Source: Chrysomallon squamiferum (lineage: Eukaryota > Animalia > Mollusca). Taken from it: a stretch of DNA of 64,000 nucleotides. The first letter of the stretch is position 1, and every line of letters starts with the position of its first letter. A program made the translations under genes and the position numbers. Shown in pieces: positions 30,502-44,351 of this stretch. The stretch covers positions 3,224,001-3,288,000 of the forward strand of contig CM022666.1 in the NCBI GenBank assembly GCA_012295275.1, in the 5' to 3' direction. The notes below the pieces were generated by a model. The model made no database searches, had not been told where the DNA came from, and saw only the letters and a program-made list of their open reading frames with translations.

Positions 30502-31590
30502 GTTACCGAATTCTTCATTCTCACGTATAAACATAATATAAAAGAATACATTATTATGAGATTACTACGACATCACTGTCTTCGCCCTTCTTTGCTGCAG
30601 CAACCACTACTACTTTTACTATTTAGACAACAGTTGTCATCTTCGCCGGTCGGTTACAACCGTATCACCAGCATCATCGTCATCATCATCATCATCATAT
30701 CCTTCTAATGTTATTTATTGTTGCTGTTATAACTATTAATCATCATTAGCACCAACTAAAGTACGACAGCAATAACGAGTGATTACTACTACAACTACCA
30801 GTTTTACTGCTACAGCTACTGCAACTACTATTCTACTACTTTTACTATTATAACAACAACTACTATTACTACTACTACTATTATGATTAGTAATACTATT
30901 ACTATTACAGCTTGTGTTACTATTACTATCCTACTACCGTGTTTACTACTTCTACTACTGTTACTGCAACTGCCACAGTTACTACTACTGCTACCACGAC
31001 TGCAGTTGGACATCACATTCATTAACATCGCCGTTGTTATTACTGCACCTTAATCACCATTATTAATATCACGAAAATTTATAATATTTTGTGCATGACG
31101 TTGTAACGAATGTCATTTTCATCAGCGATAACATCATCAACAGCATCAGCATCATAAATCTGTCGGGGTTCGAAACGAAACCGAAACGACGAGAATAATC
31201 TACTGTATATCAAATTACATATCACTGTTATATTCATTAAATTAACGTCTATAATTAATTAATTAATTAAGTTTTTAGATGTCTCTCACCCCAGTCGCTT
31301 TCGTATAACATCGCTTTGACATGCATCGTCGCTGTCGGAGCAACGACTTCGACAGCGTTGACATGAAGCTCGGGACAACAACATCGTCAGCTGGACATTC
31401 AGGTGGAATTTGTAACACTCGAAGCTGCCTAATTCGACACAACGGAATCAACAGAAAGCGTTCTTGAGAACTCTATTATTAAAAAAAAAATAAAAAAAAA
31501 AAAAAAAAAAAATAAAAATTAAAATAAAGCGAGAAGCCATTTTTCGCTAAGCTCTTCAAACTCCCAAAAAATTAAAAAAACATTTAAAAA

Positions 31591-31626
<36 letters not shown>

Positions 31627-32232
31627 CCGCGGAAGGATTTTGACGCTATTTGACAATCACTCGATCCTCCGCAGCGTTCTAGTATCTCTCCACGTGTTGC
31701 CATGGCGACTTAATCAAACAAGGGGGAGATAACCGTCGAGACGTTTCACGACGTCGACCCCTGGAAGGAGGGCTGGCTCTTGAAACGAGTTGGGGTGTTT
31801 TTCACAGGATTATCTGCTGCAGAATTCAAAGATAATCCGCAGCTTGTTACGATAAGTGGGGCTTCATCGAGGTGACAGTTCTGGTTATTAATTGAGCTCA
31901 CTGTACACACGAGTGCTGGGCGTGGACAGCTCGTATTTGCTTTGAACACTCGTGACGCGATAAACGACAGTTCTTCCTGCACTGACTGCTGTGTTAGAAA
32001 TCCCTTAGCTGCATGTAAAAGGGCCACTCGCTGCTGGTCAGTTCTTGTTCATCACTGTATGGGATTTCTTACTGCTAAAACGTAACTAATGACGTACAGA
32101 TAGAAAAAAAAAAAACAACTCTTGCTGTTGTAATGTAGCTGGGCGAATCTGCTATGAATACATGCATAAATATATAGCTGGATGAATCGGTTATACTTAC
32201 ATAAATATATACCTGTGTCCATACATACATAC

Positions 32233-32326
<94 letters not shown>

Positions 32327-32339
32327 GTATGTATGTATG

Positions 32340-32372
<33 letters not shown>

Positions 32373-32929
32373 ATATGTATGTATATATATATATATATAC
32401 ATACATACAGATACATATATATACACATACATATACAGAAAAACAAAATGTTATTAATGTTTATGTGTATATATCTGTATGTTTGTGTATATATACATAT
32501 TTGAATGTGCGCGTGCGCGTGTGTATCTGAGTTTGTGTGTGTATGTGTGTTGTATTCTATATATTAACAGTTTATTTCAGTTTTATATATATGATGATAA
32601 AATAAAGAGAGAAAAATTGATTTACGATAAAGAGAGAAAAACATTTAGAAGGAATATCAATAACTGATAACAATGCAGAAGAATAAACTAACATAATTAC
32701 CTATGAATCTGTCTATTTTTGTATGTATGTATTAAGTATATAGTGTGCATATGTATGTATATATGTATATGTGTGTGGTGTGTGTGTATATATATAATAT
32801 CTATCTATATCTGTATCTGTATCTATATATCTATCTATATCTGTATATATAGATATCTATATAGGTAGATAGAAAGATATATATATATATAAATAAATGT
32901 ATTATTTATTTATATATGTCTTTCTATCT

Positions 32930-33216
32930 CTCTGTATATGTGTATGTATAGATGTGTGTGTATCTATGTATGTATGTATGTACGTATTTATGTATGTATG
33001 TATGTACGTATGTATTATATATCTGTGTATGTATGTATGTATGTATGTATGTATGTATGTATGTATGTATGTATGTATGTATGTATGTATGTATGTATAT
33101 ATATATGTATGTACGTATGTATGTATGTATGTATGTATGTATGTACGTATGTACGTATGTACGGATGTACGTATGTGCGTATGTATGTATGTAGATATGT
33201 ACGTATGTATGTATCG

Positions 33217-33248
<32 letters not shown>

Positions 33249-33472
33249 TATGTATGTATGTATGTAGTATATATATGTATATATATGTATGTATGTATAT
33301 ATGTATGTATGTATGTATGTATATATGTATATGTATGTACGTATGTATGTATGTATGTATATATGTACGTATGTAGAATATATCTGTGTATGTATGTATG
33401 TACGTATGTATGTATGTATGTATGTATGTATGTATGTATGTATGTATGTATGTATGTATGTATGTATGTATG

Positions 33473-33504
<32 letters not shown>

Positions 33505-33611
33505 CGTATGTATGTATGTATGTATGTATGTATGTGTGTATGTATGTATGTATGTATGTATGTATGTATGTATGTATGTATGTATGTATATATGTATGTA
33601 TGTATGTATAT
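32930..33611. repeat. (TATG)n tetranucleotide array, about 680 bp
   Basis: Seen directly. It is in the opposite orientation to the 27712-28357 array. Confidence 0.97.
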
Positions 33612-33799
33612 GGTACAATCACAGTATTGTTGTCATTACGTGATAAATCACACAATTTTTGAACTATTTTTAAACTCGCTCACTTGTTATCATTTCCACT
33701 GTTATGTTAAATATCTGTAGACACTCCCCAACACACACACACACCCACCCCACACACACACACAAGATGTAAACGGATACGCTGAATCTATTTTTGTAG

Positions 33800-34300
33800 A
33801 GAGAAATAAATTAACACTCGTAAAGGGTGTAAATTTATTTCCAGGCAAATGACACTAATTTACAGAGATGAATTCGTTATATTTCTATAGGTAAACGAAA
33901 TAAATTTATTCAGTTAAACAGAATAAATTTTGATAAAAGATAGAGAGATTTCATTTTAAGTACGAAATACGTAAGGAGGCATGCTGCATTGAAATTTAAA
34001 TTGAATAGATTTTTTTAAAGGTAAATAGTAAATATGTTCTGAGGTGTGCAGTATTATTTTTACCCGTAAACTGAATAGATTTTTTCAAGGTAAAAGCAAA
34101 AATATGTGTATGGAAGTGTGCGGTGTTAGTTTTACAGGTAATATGAATAAATGTATACAGGTAAATGGCGTTAATTTACACCGGTAGAATCTGAATACAT
34201 TTTAAAAGAGGTTAATGGAAATGATTCACGAAGGTAAGCGAAATTAATTTATGCAGGTCAATGAAATAAATTTATGCAGGTATAATTTCACACAGGTGTT
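33800..34300. repeat. Highly degenerate minisatellite of about 22 bp (CAGGTAAAYGAAATAAATTTAT-like)
   Basis: AGGTAA/CAGGT cores followed by AATAAATTTA-like blocks recur at about 22-bp spacing. A roughly 68-bp higher-order duplication (TGAATAGATTTTTTYAAGGTAAA...AAATATG...GTGTGC) is at about 34002 and 34072. Confidence 0.65.
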
Positions 34301-34531
34301 CCGATGAAATGATAACAGCAAACAGTATATCATATATCAAAAATTTACAAAAAAAAAAAAAAAAAAAAAAAATGTTATTTTTCAAAACTTCATTTTTTCA
34401 ACACGAAAAAAAAAAAAAAAAAAAGAAGAAGAAAAAAAGTTTTTTTTTTTTTTTTTTTGGAACTTGTCATTTAAATGACAACATTAAGCTTTCTTTGGTT
34501 AAAAAAATAAAGAAAAAAAAAAAGAAAAGAA

Positions 34532-34569
<38 letters not shown>

Positions 34570-35031
34570 AAAAAAGAGTTATTTCAACGTTGCCAGGGTT
34601 TATCTTGATGAGTGCTCGTTCGTTCTACCTGTAAGGTATGAATTGAGATACACCCTCATCGCTATCAACATACCTGTGAAATTCTACCCGGGTTACCCGA
34701 GCAAGCCGGTTGAATGGGGTGGCTGCCTCGGGCGGTTGCGCTATCGTCGACACCTAATGACTATAAATCAGACTCAAATGACGATTTGTCAACACCGGGA
34801 CAGTCGGGGAGGGCGGTTCCAGAATTGTTGGGTTGGTCGTCTGTTTTGTAGGGGAGTTGAAGTCAGACTGTTTCGATTCAAAAAAAAAAAAAAAAAATAA
34901 AATAAAATAAAATAAATAAATAAGTAAATAAAAATAATAAAAATGAAATTAATATTTCAGAAATATTAAGAACAATAGTGAAAGTTGGGGTATTTGGAGA
35001 GAGAGAGACAGAGAGAGATAGAGATAGAGAG

Positions 35032-35062
<31 letters not shown>

Positions 35063-36475
35063 CAGAGAGAGAGAGAGAAGGGGAGAAAAGGACAGAAGAA
35101 GGAAGAGAGTGAGATGAATGGAGAGAAATATGTTAACACATTGATTTTTTTTTTTAATAGATACAAATCATTTCTAGTAAACAAACAAACAAACAAACAA
35201 ACAAAAAACAACAACAACCACATATATGTAGAATGAAAAAAGAAAAAAAATGATAACAGAAGCACAAATATTTCCCAGTTAAAACTGATATATATGAATA
35301 ATGGACATTTTATATAAAATCGAACAAAAATAAATAAATAAACAAATAAACAACTAAATAATTAAATATAAATAAACAAACAAACAAACAAACAAACAAA
35401 CAAACAACCACCCACAACAACAAATATTTATCTCCCCAAAACAATTTATACCACGGACTCAGATACTAAACTATTCATAATTCACTGTAGTCTAAGGTCC
35501 AAAAAAAAAAAAAAAAAAAAAAAAATCCCAACAACTTATAGTCCAAACACTTGACTGAATGCAAAATACTAAACTAGAACAGTTCAATTGATATCCACTT
35601 CTAAGCCGAAATATTTATGCTCGACTGTTCACGAGATAAACAAATACACACACACACACAAAAAAAATAAAATAACAATATACGTCAATATATCTCTCCA
35701 ATGTAAAACCCTCAACCGTTTTGTCACAGGTGAACGTTACGTTTATAATAATAATTTTAATTCTATTCTCCTTCCAATCCAAGGCCCCTCGTCTCTAGCT
35801 CCGCGATTACAATAGACGATGATTATTATTTCGTATTACTATTCAAAAAAAAAAAAAAAAAAAAAAAACCCACCGGTCCGCGCGTTTTCGGCTTGACCTA
35901 CTTTGGCGTCTGCGCGTTTGTGTACGAAACTAAAAAATTACTCATTTAAGGTGATGAATGGAGCTTGTCAAAGATTTGTATCTCGGATAGGTGATGATGG
36001 GACCCGGGGACTGGAGATAATGTCACCCGAGACGGGTTTCGGATTTAGTGCAATGCGGATTTGTTACTTGTAACTTGTAAGCTATAGAAGTCCCGTCTTA
36101 AACTGCTCGTGGTTTATTGACAGCGAGGAGAAAATGTCGCCATTGTTAGCGGTTGAGTTATCGTCGTTCCGACCGAAAATGTTTTAAACTTAAACCTGCG
36201 CGTTATATAGATGAATTACTGACGTTGTTAGCGATGTCAATTGAGAATAAATAAGACTGGGGAATATAAAATTGTTCATTTTTCTTCTTCTTCTTCTTTT
36301 CTTCTTATCATCATCATTATTATAATTGTTGTTGCTGGGTTTTGTTGTTGTTGTTGATGATGATGTTGTTGTTCCTATTTCTATGATTATTTATTACTAT
36401 AGTCGTTGTTATTATTAATATGATCGTTTTGTTTTAGATTTTTTTTTTTTTTTTTTTTAATATATGACAGATGTG

Positions 36476-36853
36476 GACTTGAATTTGTAACAAGTGTCAT
36501 TCTGTGAAAATGTGTTGTATTTCATTTTTGTTGTTGTTCTTCTGAAAATTTATTTTATTTTTAAAACTAAACCTCGAACTTTTAACTAGTGTAATTTTGT
36601 GATATCGTGTTGTGTTCCCTTACAATCGCTTCTGTTGATGTTGTTATTTTAACATAAAGTTTTGTTTATTATTAACTATTCGTTTATGTTTGTTTTTTAA
36701 TATCCGATAGGTGTGACCTTGAACTTGTAACCAATGTAATTTTGTGATAACGTGTTGTACTTTGCTGTTATTTGTTTTTGTTTTTTTAAATGTACAGTGC
36801 ATTGTGACCTTGAACTTGTAGCAAGCGTCGTTTTGCGATAACTTGTTGTATTT
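36476..36853. repeat. Four degenerate copies of a 48-bp core (TGACCTTGAACTTGTAACMAGTGTAATTTTGTGATAACGTGTTGTA) with unrelated T-rich spacers
   Basis: Copies at about 36476, 36570, 36714 and 36805. Confidence 0.8.
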
Positions 36854-37074
36854 TATCTTCATTTGTTTTCGTCGTCTTCATCATTATTATTTTATTTTAT
36901 TTTATTTTATTTTATGGTGTATATAATGGATTTTGACAAAATAATTTTTTTTTTTTTTTTTTGTTATTATTATTTCAGATTAAACAAATCATTTTTCGCG
37001 ATATCGACAAAATGCCCACTTCATCTGACACATTTTAAACAGTAATACGAAACGTAGTCCAAATACTGAAAACA

Positions 37075-37106
<32 letters not shown>

Positions 37107-37641
37107 AGAGCTATTTCACATTTTAATCGGTTTTTTTCCCCAACACTAAAGAAATAAAAAAAAAAAAGATAAAAAAAAAAAAAATTAATAAAAACTCTTC
37201 TCCATTTTCCCTGCCAATTAAGCTTCGGAATTGATCGGGACGTTCCATCAAAATGTTTCTGTACACTCGGAAAAGATCGGAATTGATCGGCCGGTTAAAT
37301 GGCGGCCGGGATCACTTCAGTCGAACGATGAACGACGAACGTTTCTCGTCGGTTTTGAAAAGCTTGGCAACGAACAATGGAGCAGCGTCGGTTCCGCCTT
37401 CGCAATAAAGAATCAATTTGAACAGTGTATGGCGATTTTTAACGCAGTGTGGACAAGTGCTGCCTCTTGAAGGCTTTTCACAATATTAACCTTAAGTCTC
37501 TCCATGAAAAAACACACAGTCAATACGCAAATAGCTGCAACAGCCATCGCAAATGAGTCGTACGGGTAATAGTACTTCAACAAATTTAAATGAAATGAAA
37601 TAAAATAAAATAAAATAAAATAAAATAAAATTACAAGGAAA

Positions 37642-37923
37642 ATTATTATTATTATTATTTACATTATTATTATTGTTATTATTATTTACATTATTATTAT
37701 TATTATTTACATTATTATTATTATTATTTACATTATTATTATTATTATTATTATTTACATTATTATCATTATCATTATTATTATTTACATTATTATTATT
37801 ATTATTATTATTTATTATTATTATTATTATTATTTTATTATTATTATTATTATTATTTACATTATTTACATTATTATCATTATTATATTATTATTTACAT
37901 TATTATTATTATTATTATTATTA
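37642..37923. repeat. (TTA)n microsatellite with a 21-bp higher-order unit ending TTTACA
   Basis: TTATTATTATTATTATTTACA is repeated, seen as the LLLLLFT periodicity in the ORF track. Confidence 0.85.
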
Positions 37924-38869
37924 ATGTTATTGTCGAGGCTTTTTTTTTTTTGGAGGGGCTACTGTTGTCGCTACTACTGCTGTTACTACTACAACAACAA
38001 CAACAACAATAACAACTACTATTGCTACTACAACAACAATCACTACTGCTGCTACTATATTTTTACTCCTATTACTACGACAGCTACGACTACAACAACT
38101 ACTGCTACTTGAGTTTACATATATATATATATATACACATTATAGATTATATATTATTTAAGCATATATATATGTATGTGTGTGTTTATTTAACATGTCT
38201 GTGTATGTGTTTATTTCGAGTGTGATGATATACGTATTTCAAGTATTCTCTTTTCACTGGACTAATCAAAAAAACGTGTGAACGCATCGTTGGCCGCCTT
38301 GCCCGTGATAATGTATCTGGCGAAGCGGACGACATTTTATTATATTTATGTTTGCTAGCAGAAGTGAATGAAGGATTGCCCGCCATTACGAGATGACACC
38401 CACTTAACTCGATTGTGTTAATTGAAGCAACACCGGACTCGGTGAATGGGACACTTTGTACGCCGGGTTTTGTAACCAACTTAGCAACTAACTTTCCCCA
38501 GCTTATCATACCCACGTATTTGAACGACGACCCCCGTCGTAAAGTTTACTTACTGAAAGATTTCCCGCCGAGCAGTGCGTGCAGGTCCCGTGCGCACGCG
38601 ACTGTGGAGGTGGGTGGGGGGGAGGAATGCTATTTCCCAGACGAATTAGTTTCAGTGTTACGACACAGGCCCAGGCTGACACGTCCGGTGGACAGTACTT
38701 GGTTAATCAATCAACTTTGTTGTTTGATAGGTGGGTTTATGTTTGTACGATTGTGTTCGGATGTTTTCGTCAGTTTCCGAATGTTTTCGTTTGTTTTCGT
38801 TATTATTTTTTTCTTATTTTTTTGTTTTCTGTTTCTTTTTCTATTTCTTTCATTATTTTTTTCTTTCTT

Positions 38870-38990
38870 TTCTTTTTCTTCCTAAATTTCACTCCTTTTC
38901 TTTCCTTTCTTTTCTTTTTCTCCCTAAATTTCATACCTTTTCTTTTTCTTCCTAAATTTCATTCCTTTTCTTTCTTTTCTTTTCTATTTT
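38870..38990. repeat. Three copies of TYCCTAAATTTCAYWCCTTTTCTTT in a pyrimidine tract
   Basis: Copies at about 38879, 38921 and 38949. Confidence 0.75.
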
Positions 38991-39362
38991 TCTCTTTCTT
39001 ACGTATTTCACGTGGCTTCAAACAAAAAAGCCATTAGAACGAAATCTTCATCAACAACATCAACAACAAAAATTTAAACAAATAACTAAATAAAATAACT
39101 AACTAACTACCTAAACAAACAAAAATCCCACTGAATAACTGAATAACCTCGGTAGTAGTAGACTTCAGTCGACTTAACGACTGTAATAGCGCAGTTTGAG
39201 ATAACGTGTTTATCTGAAACTGTTTGTTCGCTGGAGACAGATGATTTGACGTGGTTGTGTGGATAACAGCATTATTGTCTGCCGTTTTACACTCAACCAC
39301 TGGCGAATATAAAGATTTTGTGACAAATGTATTTGTGACAAATGTATGGTAACTTAGTAATA

Positions 39363-39875
39363 GTGGTGATGACATTAATACAAGTTGTAGTATTAATAAT
39401 ATTAGTTGTAGTAAAGGTAGTAGTAGTAGTAGTAGTGGTGGTGATGACATTAATACAAGTTGTAGTATTAATAATATTAGTTGTAGTAAAGGTAGTAGTA
39501 GTAGTAGTAATAGTAGTAGTAGTAGTAGTGGTGATGACATTAATACAAGTTGTAGTATTAATATTAATACAAGTTGTAGTATTGATAATAAGTTGTAGTA
39601 GTAGTAGTAGTAGTAGTTGTAAAAGGTAGTAGTAGTAGTAGTAGTAGTAGTGGTGATGACATTAATACAAGTTGTAGTATTAATTATTAGTTATAGTAAA
39701 GGTAGTAGTAGTAGTTGTAGTAAAGGTAGTAGTAGTAATAGTAGTAGTAGTAGTAGTGTTGATGACATTAATACAAGTTGTAGTATTGATAATATTAGTT
39801 GTAGTAAAGGTAGTAGTAGTAGTAGTTGTAGTAAAGGTAGTAGTAGTAGAAGTTGTAGTAAAGGTAGTAGTAGTA
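39363..39875. repeat. Minisatellite with a 55-bp core and variable (GTA)n spacer, 5 copies
   Basis: Core GTGGTGATGACATTAATACAAGTTGTAGTATTRATAATATTAGTTGTAGTAAAG starts at 39363, 39438, 39528, 39650 and 39756. Confidence 0.92.
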
Positions 39876-40475
39876 ATGGTTGTAATAATAATAACAGCAC
39901 AATAGTAGTTGAGGTCGTCGTGATAGTAGTTGTAGTAGTTGTAATGGTGGTGGTGGATTCGAAGTAACAGCAGCAATAGTTTTACGTATACTAACATTTA
40001 TTGCCCTGTTTCACTGTTGCATATGCAGTTTGTTATACCCAGGAACATATTTGCTATACGAGGAACGAAAACGATTTTGGAAAATTTAAACAGAATTTCT
40101 GACACGTCGCTTTAGCTCCCTCCTCAAGGCTTCGTTTATAAGACGACAGCGCCACACATCATTAAGAAAAAAAGGGGAGACCACTCATTAGCTATTTAAC
40201 CAATAAAACAACGCGGTTTTCCGCTACTACGCAAACACACAATCTGTGCTTGTTTTGTGTTTTCTTTAATTAACGATCACCTCCAACAACACACAGTGTC
40301 GGTCAGTGTTTGTCCAATTAAACAGTGTGTTGGGTGCTGGAGACCGCAGTTAATTTTTGTCTCTGCGAGTCTTTCGAGTTTTAGGCTTCGGACATCACAA
40401 CCACGTGAAAAAACACTGGGCCGGGTCCATTCCGACGTCCGGATTAACAGCCAAAGCGAGATTTCCGGTTGTCAT

Positions 40476-40511
<36 letters not shown>

Positions 40512-41211
40512 GGCGCAACAAGTCCGAACGGACACCTGCCGTTTGTGTTACAGACGATTACCGAACTTTTCTCTGTGATTTCTTGATGGCAGAAAGAGCT
40601 GAATTAGGGTTTTTTTGTTTGTTTTTTTCTAAACAGAAGTAAACCACAAACTCTTATGGAGTTAATCGTAACCAAAAAAAAAAAAAAAAAAAAAACACAA
40701 CAAAACGGACACGTAATAATAACGCAAGTTGGCTAAGAAAAGAAGAGATTTACATTTTTTTTTTGTTTGTTCTCTCTCTCTCTCTCTCTCTCTCTCAATC
40801 CATTCCATTCTATTCTATTCTTTTCTTTTCCTGAAGAGGTCGCTGATTATCCATCAAACAACAACATTATGATTTAAACGGTTTTTGTTTTGTTTTGTTT
40901 TGTCTTTCTTTTGTAAGAAACCAGATCGAGAGGACCGGTCGCCAGAGAGCACACAGAAACTTTTCTGGGGACCCACGCCTCGCTGAACAGATCCCCCCCA
41001 CGGAAAAACTTTTCTTCCAGTGTCGTATTTAGTGCTCATTAAACGCGTGTTTGTTGGGGATTAGCGGACTTGTAATAGACTTCACAGCAGATAAGACCAC
41101 GTCGACGACGTGACAAGAAACGCATTGCATAAGCTAACAACCCTTGGACGTGAATGGCGAGGCACGGCGTGAATGCTAATTACGCGCAGCCCCTCTCCCT
41201 CCTCCCTCCTC

Positions 41212-41247
<36 letters not shown>

Positions 41248-41435
41248 AGACATCGTGGTTGTTACAGTTCTTGCGAAGCCTCTTCAGAAGAGAAGAGAAA
41301 TAAAAGGGATGCCCCGTGGCGTTTTTTTTTTTTTTTTTTTTTTTTTTCGGTTTGGTTATTCTCGGATGTCAAAACGACTCGGATTTTGACAGGTACTGAC
41401 CGTGGGATCAGCAAAGGGTTTTCGTCCTGGCGAAG

Positions 41436-41482
<47 letters not shown>

Positions 41483-42058
41483 TTCGCCCCAACGTTCGAG
41501 AAAGAGGAGTGGGTAGGGGAGGGGGGGAGAGAGGGAGAGAGAGAGAGGGAGGCTGGAGGGGAAGGGGAAGGGCAGTGTCCAGGCAAGAGATTGTTGGCGA
41601 AAACTCTCAAGCAAAAGATCTGAAAGAGAAGAGATTTGTAAGAGATTATTTTGGGCGATAATTGAATGACTTGTTAAACTTGTAAAAATGGATTGTGTGT
41701 CGGTATTTCGAAACTTTTTTTTTTTTTTTGGTTCTTTTCTTCACGTGAGGTGTCTTTTTACACTGGTTATCTCTTTACGACGTTGGTGTACAATAGACTA
41801 CGTGCTGATGTAACGACGTCGCTTCAGTTGTCAACGCCTCTGAACGGCAACACACACGTAAACGGAGTTAATCAGGGTTATTTAAAATGATTTAAACTGC
41901 AAGTTTTCTGAAATACTTCACAAGTAGGAGTAGTAGTAGGAGTAATGGTAGTAGTAGTAGTAATAGTAGTAGTAGTAATAGTAATAGTAGTAGTAATGCT
42001 AATAAAATAATAATAATAATAATAATAGTAATAATAATAATAATAACAATAATAAAAA

Positions 42059-42090
<32 letters not shown>

Positions 42091-42136
42091 TAATAATAAG
42101 AATAACAACAATAATAACAACAACAACAACAACAAC

Positions 42137-42172
<36 letters not shown>

Positions 42173-42712
42173 GAAAATAACAATACAGATAATTGCGAAT
42201 AATTTTAGGAACAATACTTAACTTAATAAAGAATATTAATTTTCAGACAGTAAGCAATTTTAATAATTATAATAAAAGGAATACTATTACATGAAAAACA
42301 ACAACAACAACTGCTGCTACTACTAATACTGCTGTCACAACAACAACAACAACAACTACTACTGTTACCACTGCTAACACTACTGTCACAACAACAACAA
42401 CAACTGTTACCACTACTCCTCCTACTACTGCTAATATTACTGTTACAACAACAACAACAACAACAACAACAACTACTACTACTACTACTACTACAACTAC
42501 TACTACTACTACTACTACAACTACTACTACTGCTACTATACAGTATTGTTCGTCTCAGTATTCTGTAAATGTTCGTCAAACAACGACTTGCAAAACACTG
42601 CGGGAGTCGATACACGTAACTGAGTGTTAAACCAAGTAACAGTTCATAATCCAGCTGAGTTAGACATATTTACATCACTCTGTATCTACGTCGTTCTAGT
42701 TTTCTTGTTTGT

Positions 42713-42820
<108 letters not shown>

Positions 42821-43217
42821 GAAATATATATAAAGCGATCAAGAGAACAAGTTAAGACAGAATCAGAGATAAACTTACGAGATAGAGGCGGAACAACAAA
42901 AACATTACCACCATCAAGAAAAATAACAATATCTTGTCTAATTCACACCCACTGTAAAATAAAAATATATATATATAAAAAAAAAAAAATAAAAAAAAAA
43001 AAAAAAATTAGAAAAGAAAAGAAATTTATAAAAATTATATTTAACAACATTTTTCTATAGGCTCTGTCTTAATACCACGATATAATCTCACCCCCCCCAC
43101 ACCTTTTTTTAATGAAAGATAAATATTTTACACAACTTTATGGTATTAAAACATTTTCAACTAATGTTTACGGTCTTCTTTGAAAGCCGCAATCTCTGAA
43201 AGATAAATATATATATA

Positions 43218-43251
<34 letters not shown>

Positions 43252-44127
43252 ATCTATTCGCTTGAAGTGCAGTTTAATTATTTCGTTGAAACCTGATCCC
43301 TATTTTTTTTTTTTTTTTTTCTTCGTATATTCATACACAAACGGGGAGATACTCGATGAATGCTGAATGTAGTTTCCCTCCATCTACGCGGTTTAAACTA
43401 CTTCACGATCGTCCACGCTTGAACGAGCAAAGTGTTACAATCTGACACGCAATTTGAACCGCATCAATTAAACTTCAGCGAGGCGAACATATTTTTTAAT
43501 GCTCTTGTTTCGTTTCCAAACTGGTTATTATTGTCTGTCTGTCTGTCTTGTCTTGTCTGTCTGTCTTTTTTTTTTTTTTTTCTTTCTTTTTTTTTTTTCT
43601 TTTCGTTACGATGTTCAACGGGTTTGAAAAGGTAGGATTAGAAAGAAAATATGTAAAGTGCTTATTATAAAATTTTTTTTTTTGCATGTTTTTAATTTTT
43701 TTTTTTTGCGGGTTGTTAATGAATTGTTTTTTTTTTCTTTTTAAAAACGATAAAAAGAATGAAGGCTGCGGCTTTTTTAATAAATTATTAAATTGTTATT
43801 TTTATTTGATTTTTATTATTATTATCATTATTATTATTACTATTGTTATTATTATTAGTGTAGTAGTAGTAGTAGTAATAGTAGTAGTACTAGTACTATT
43901 ATTATTATTATTATCATCATGACTTTATTATTGTTGTTGTTGTTATTTTTATTAGTATTATTTTCTGTGTTGAATTTAAAATGATTTATTTCTGTTATTA
44001 CGTTTTAATATTAAACGAAAATAATTTTAAGATTTCTAAATTAAAAAAACAAACATTGAGGATATATTTCTTTTCGATGTTATTATTATTATTATTATCA
44101 TCATTATTATTATTATTATTATTATTA

Positions 44128-44194
<67 letters not shown>

Positions 44195-44314
44195 TACTAC
44201 TACTACTACTGTTATTATCATTAATATTACTTTAATTATAGTTCTTTAAGAATTACTTTTACTATTTCCGAACCAAGATCTGATACAGAATTACAACTTC
44301 ACATAACCTAACAA

Positions 44315-44351
<37 letters not shown>

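Noticed and set aside
38186-39037. Complex-looking ORFs 38415..38885(+), 38186..38515(-) and 38579..39037(+)
   Set aside because: No recognisable domain, the plus-strand ones lack ATG starts and run into low-complexity F-rich tails, and I saw no convincing splice sites. They are better explained as a GC-richer non-coding island. BLASTX would settle it.
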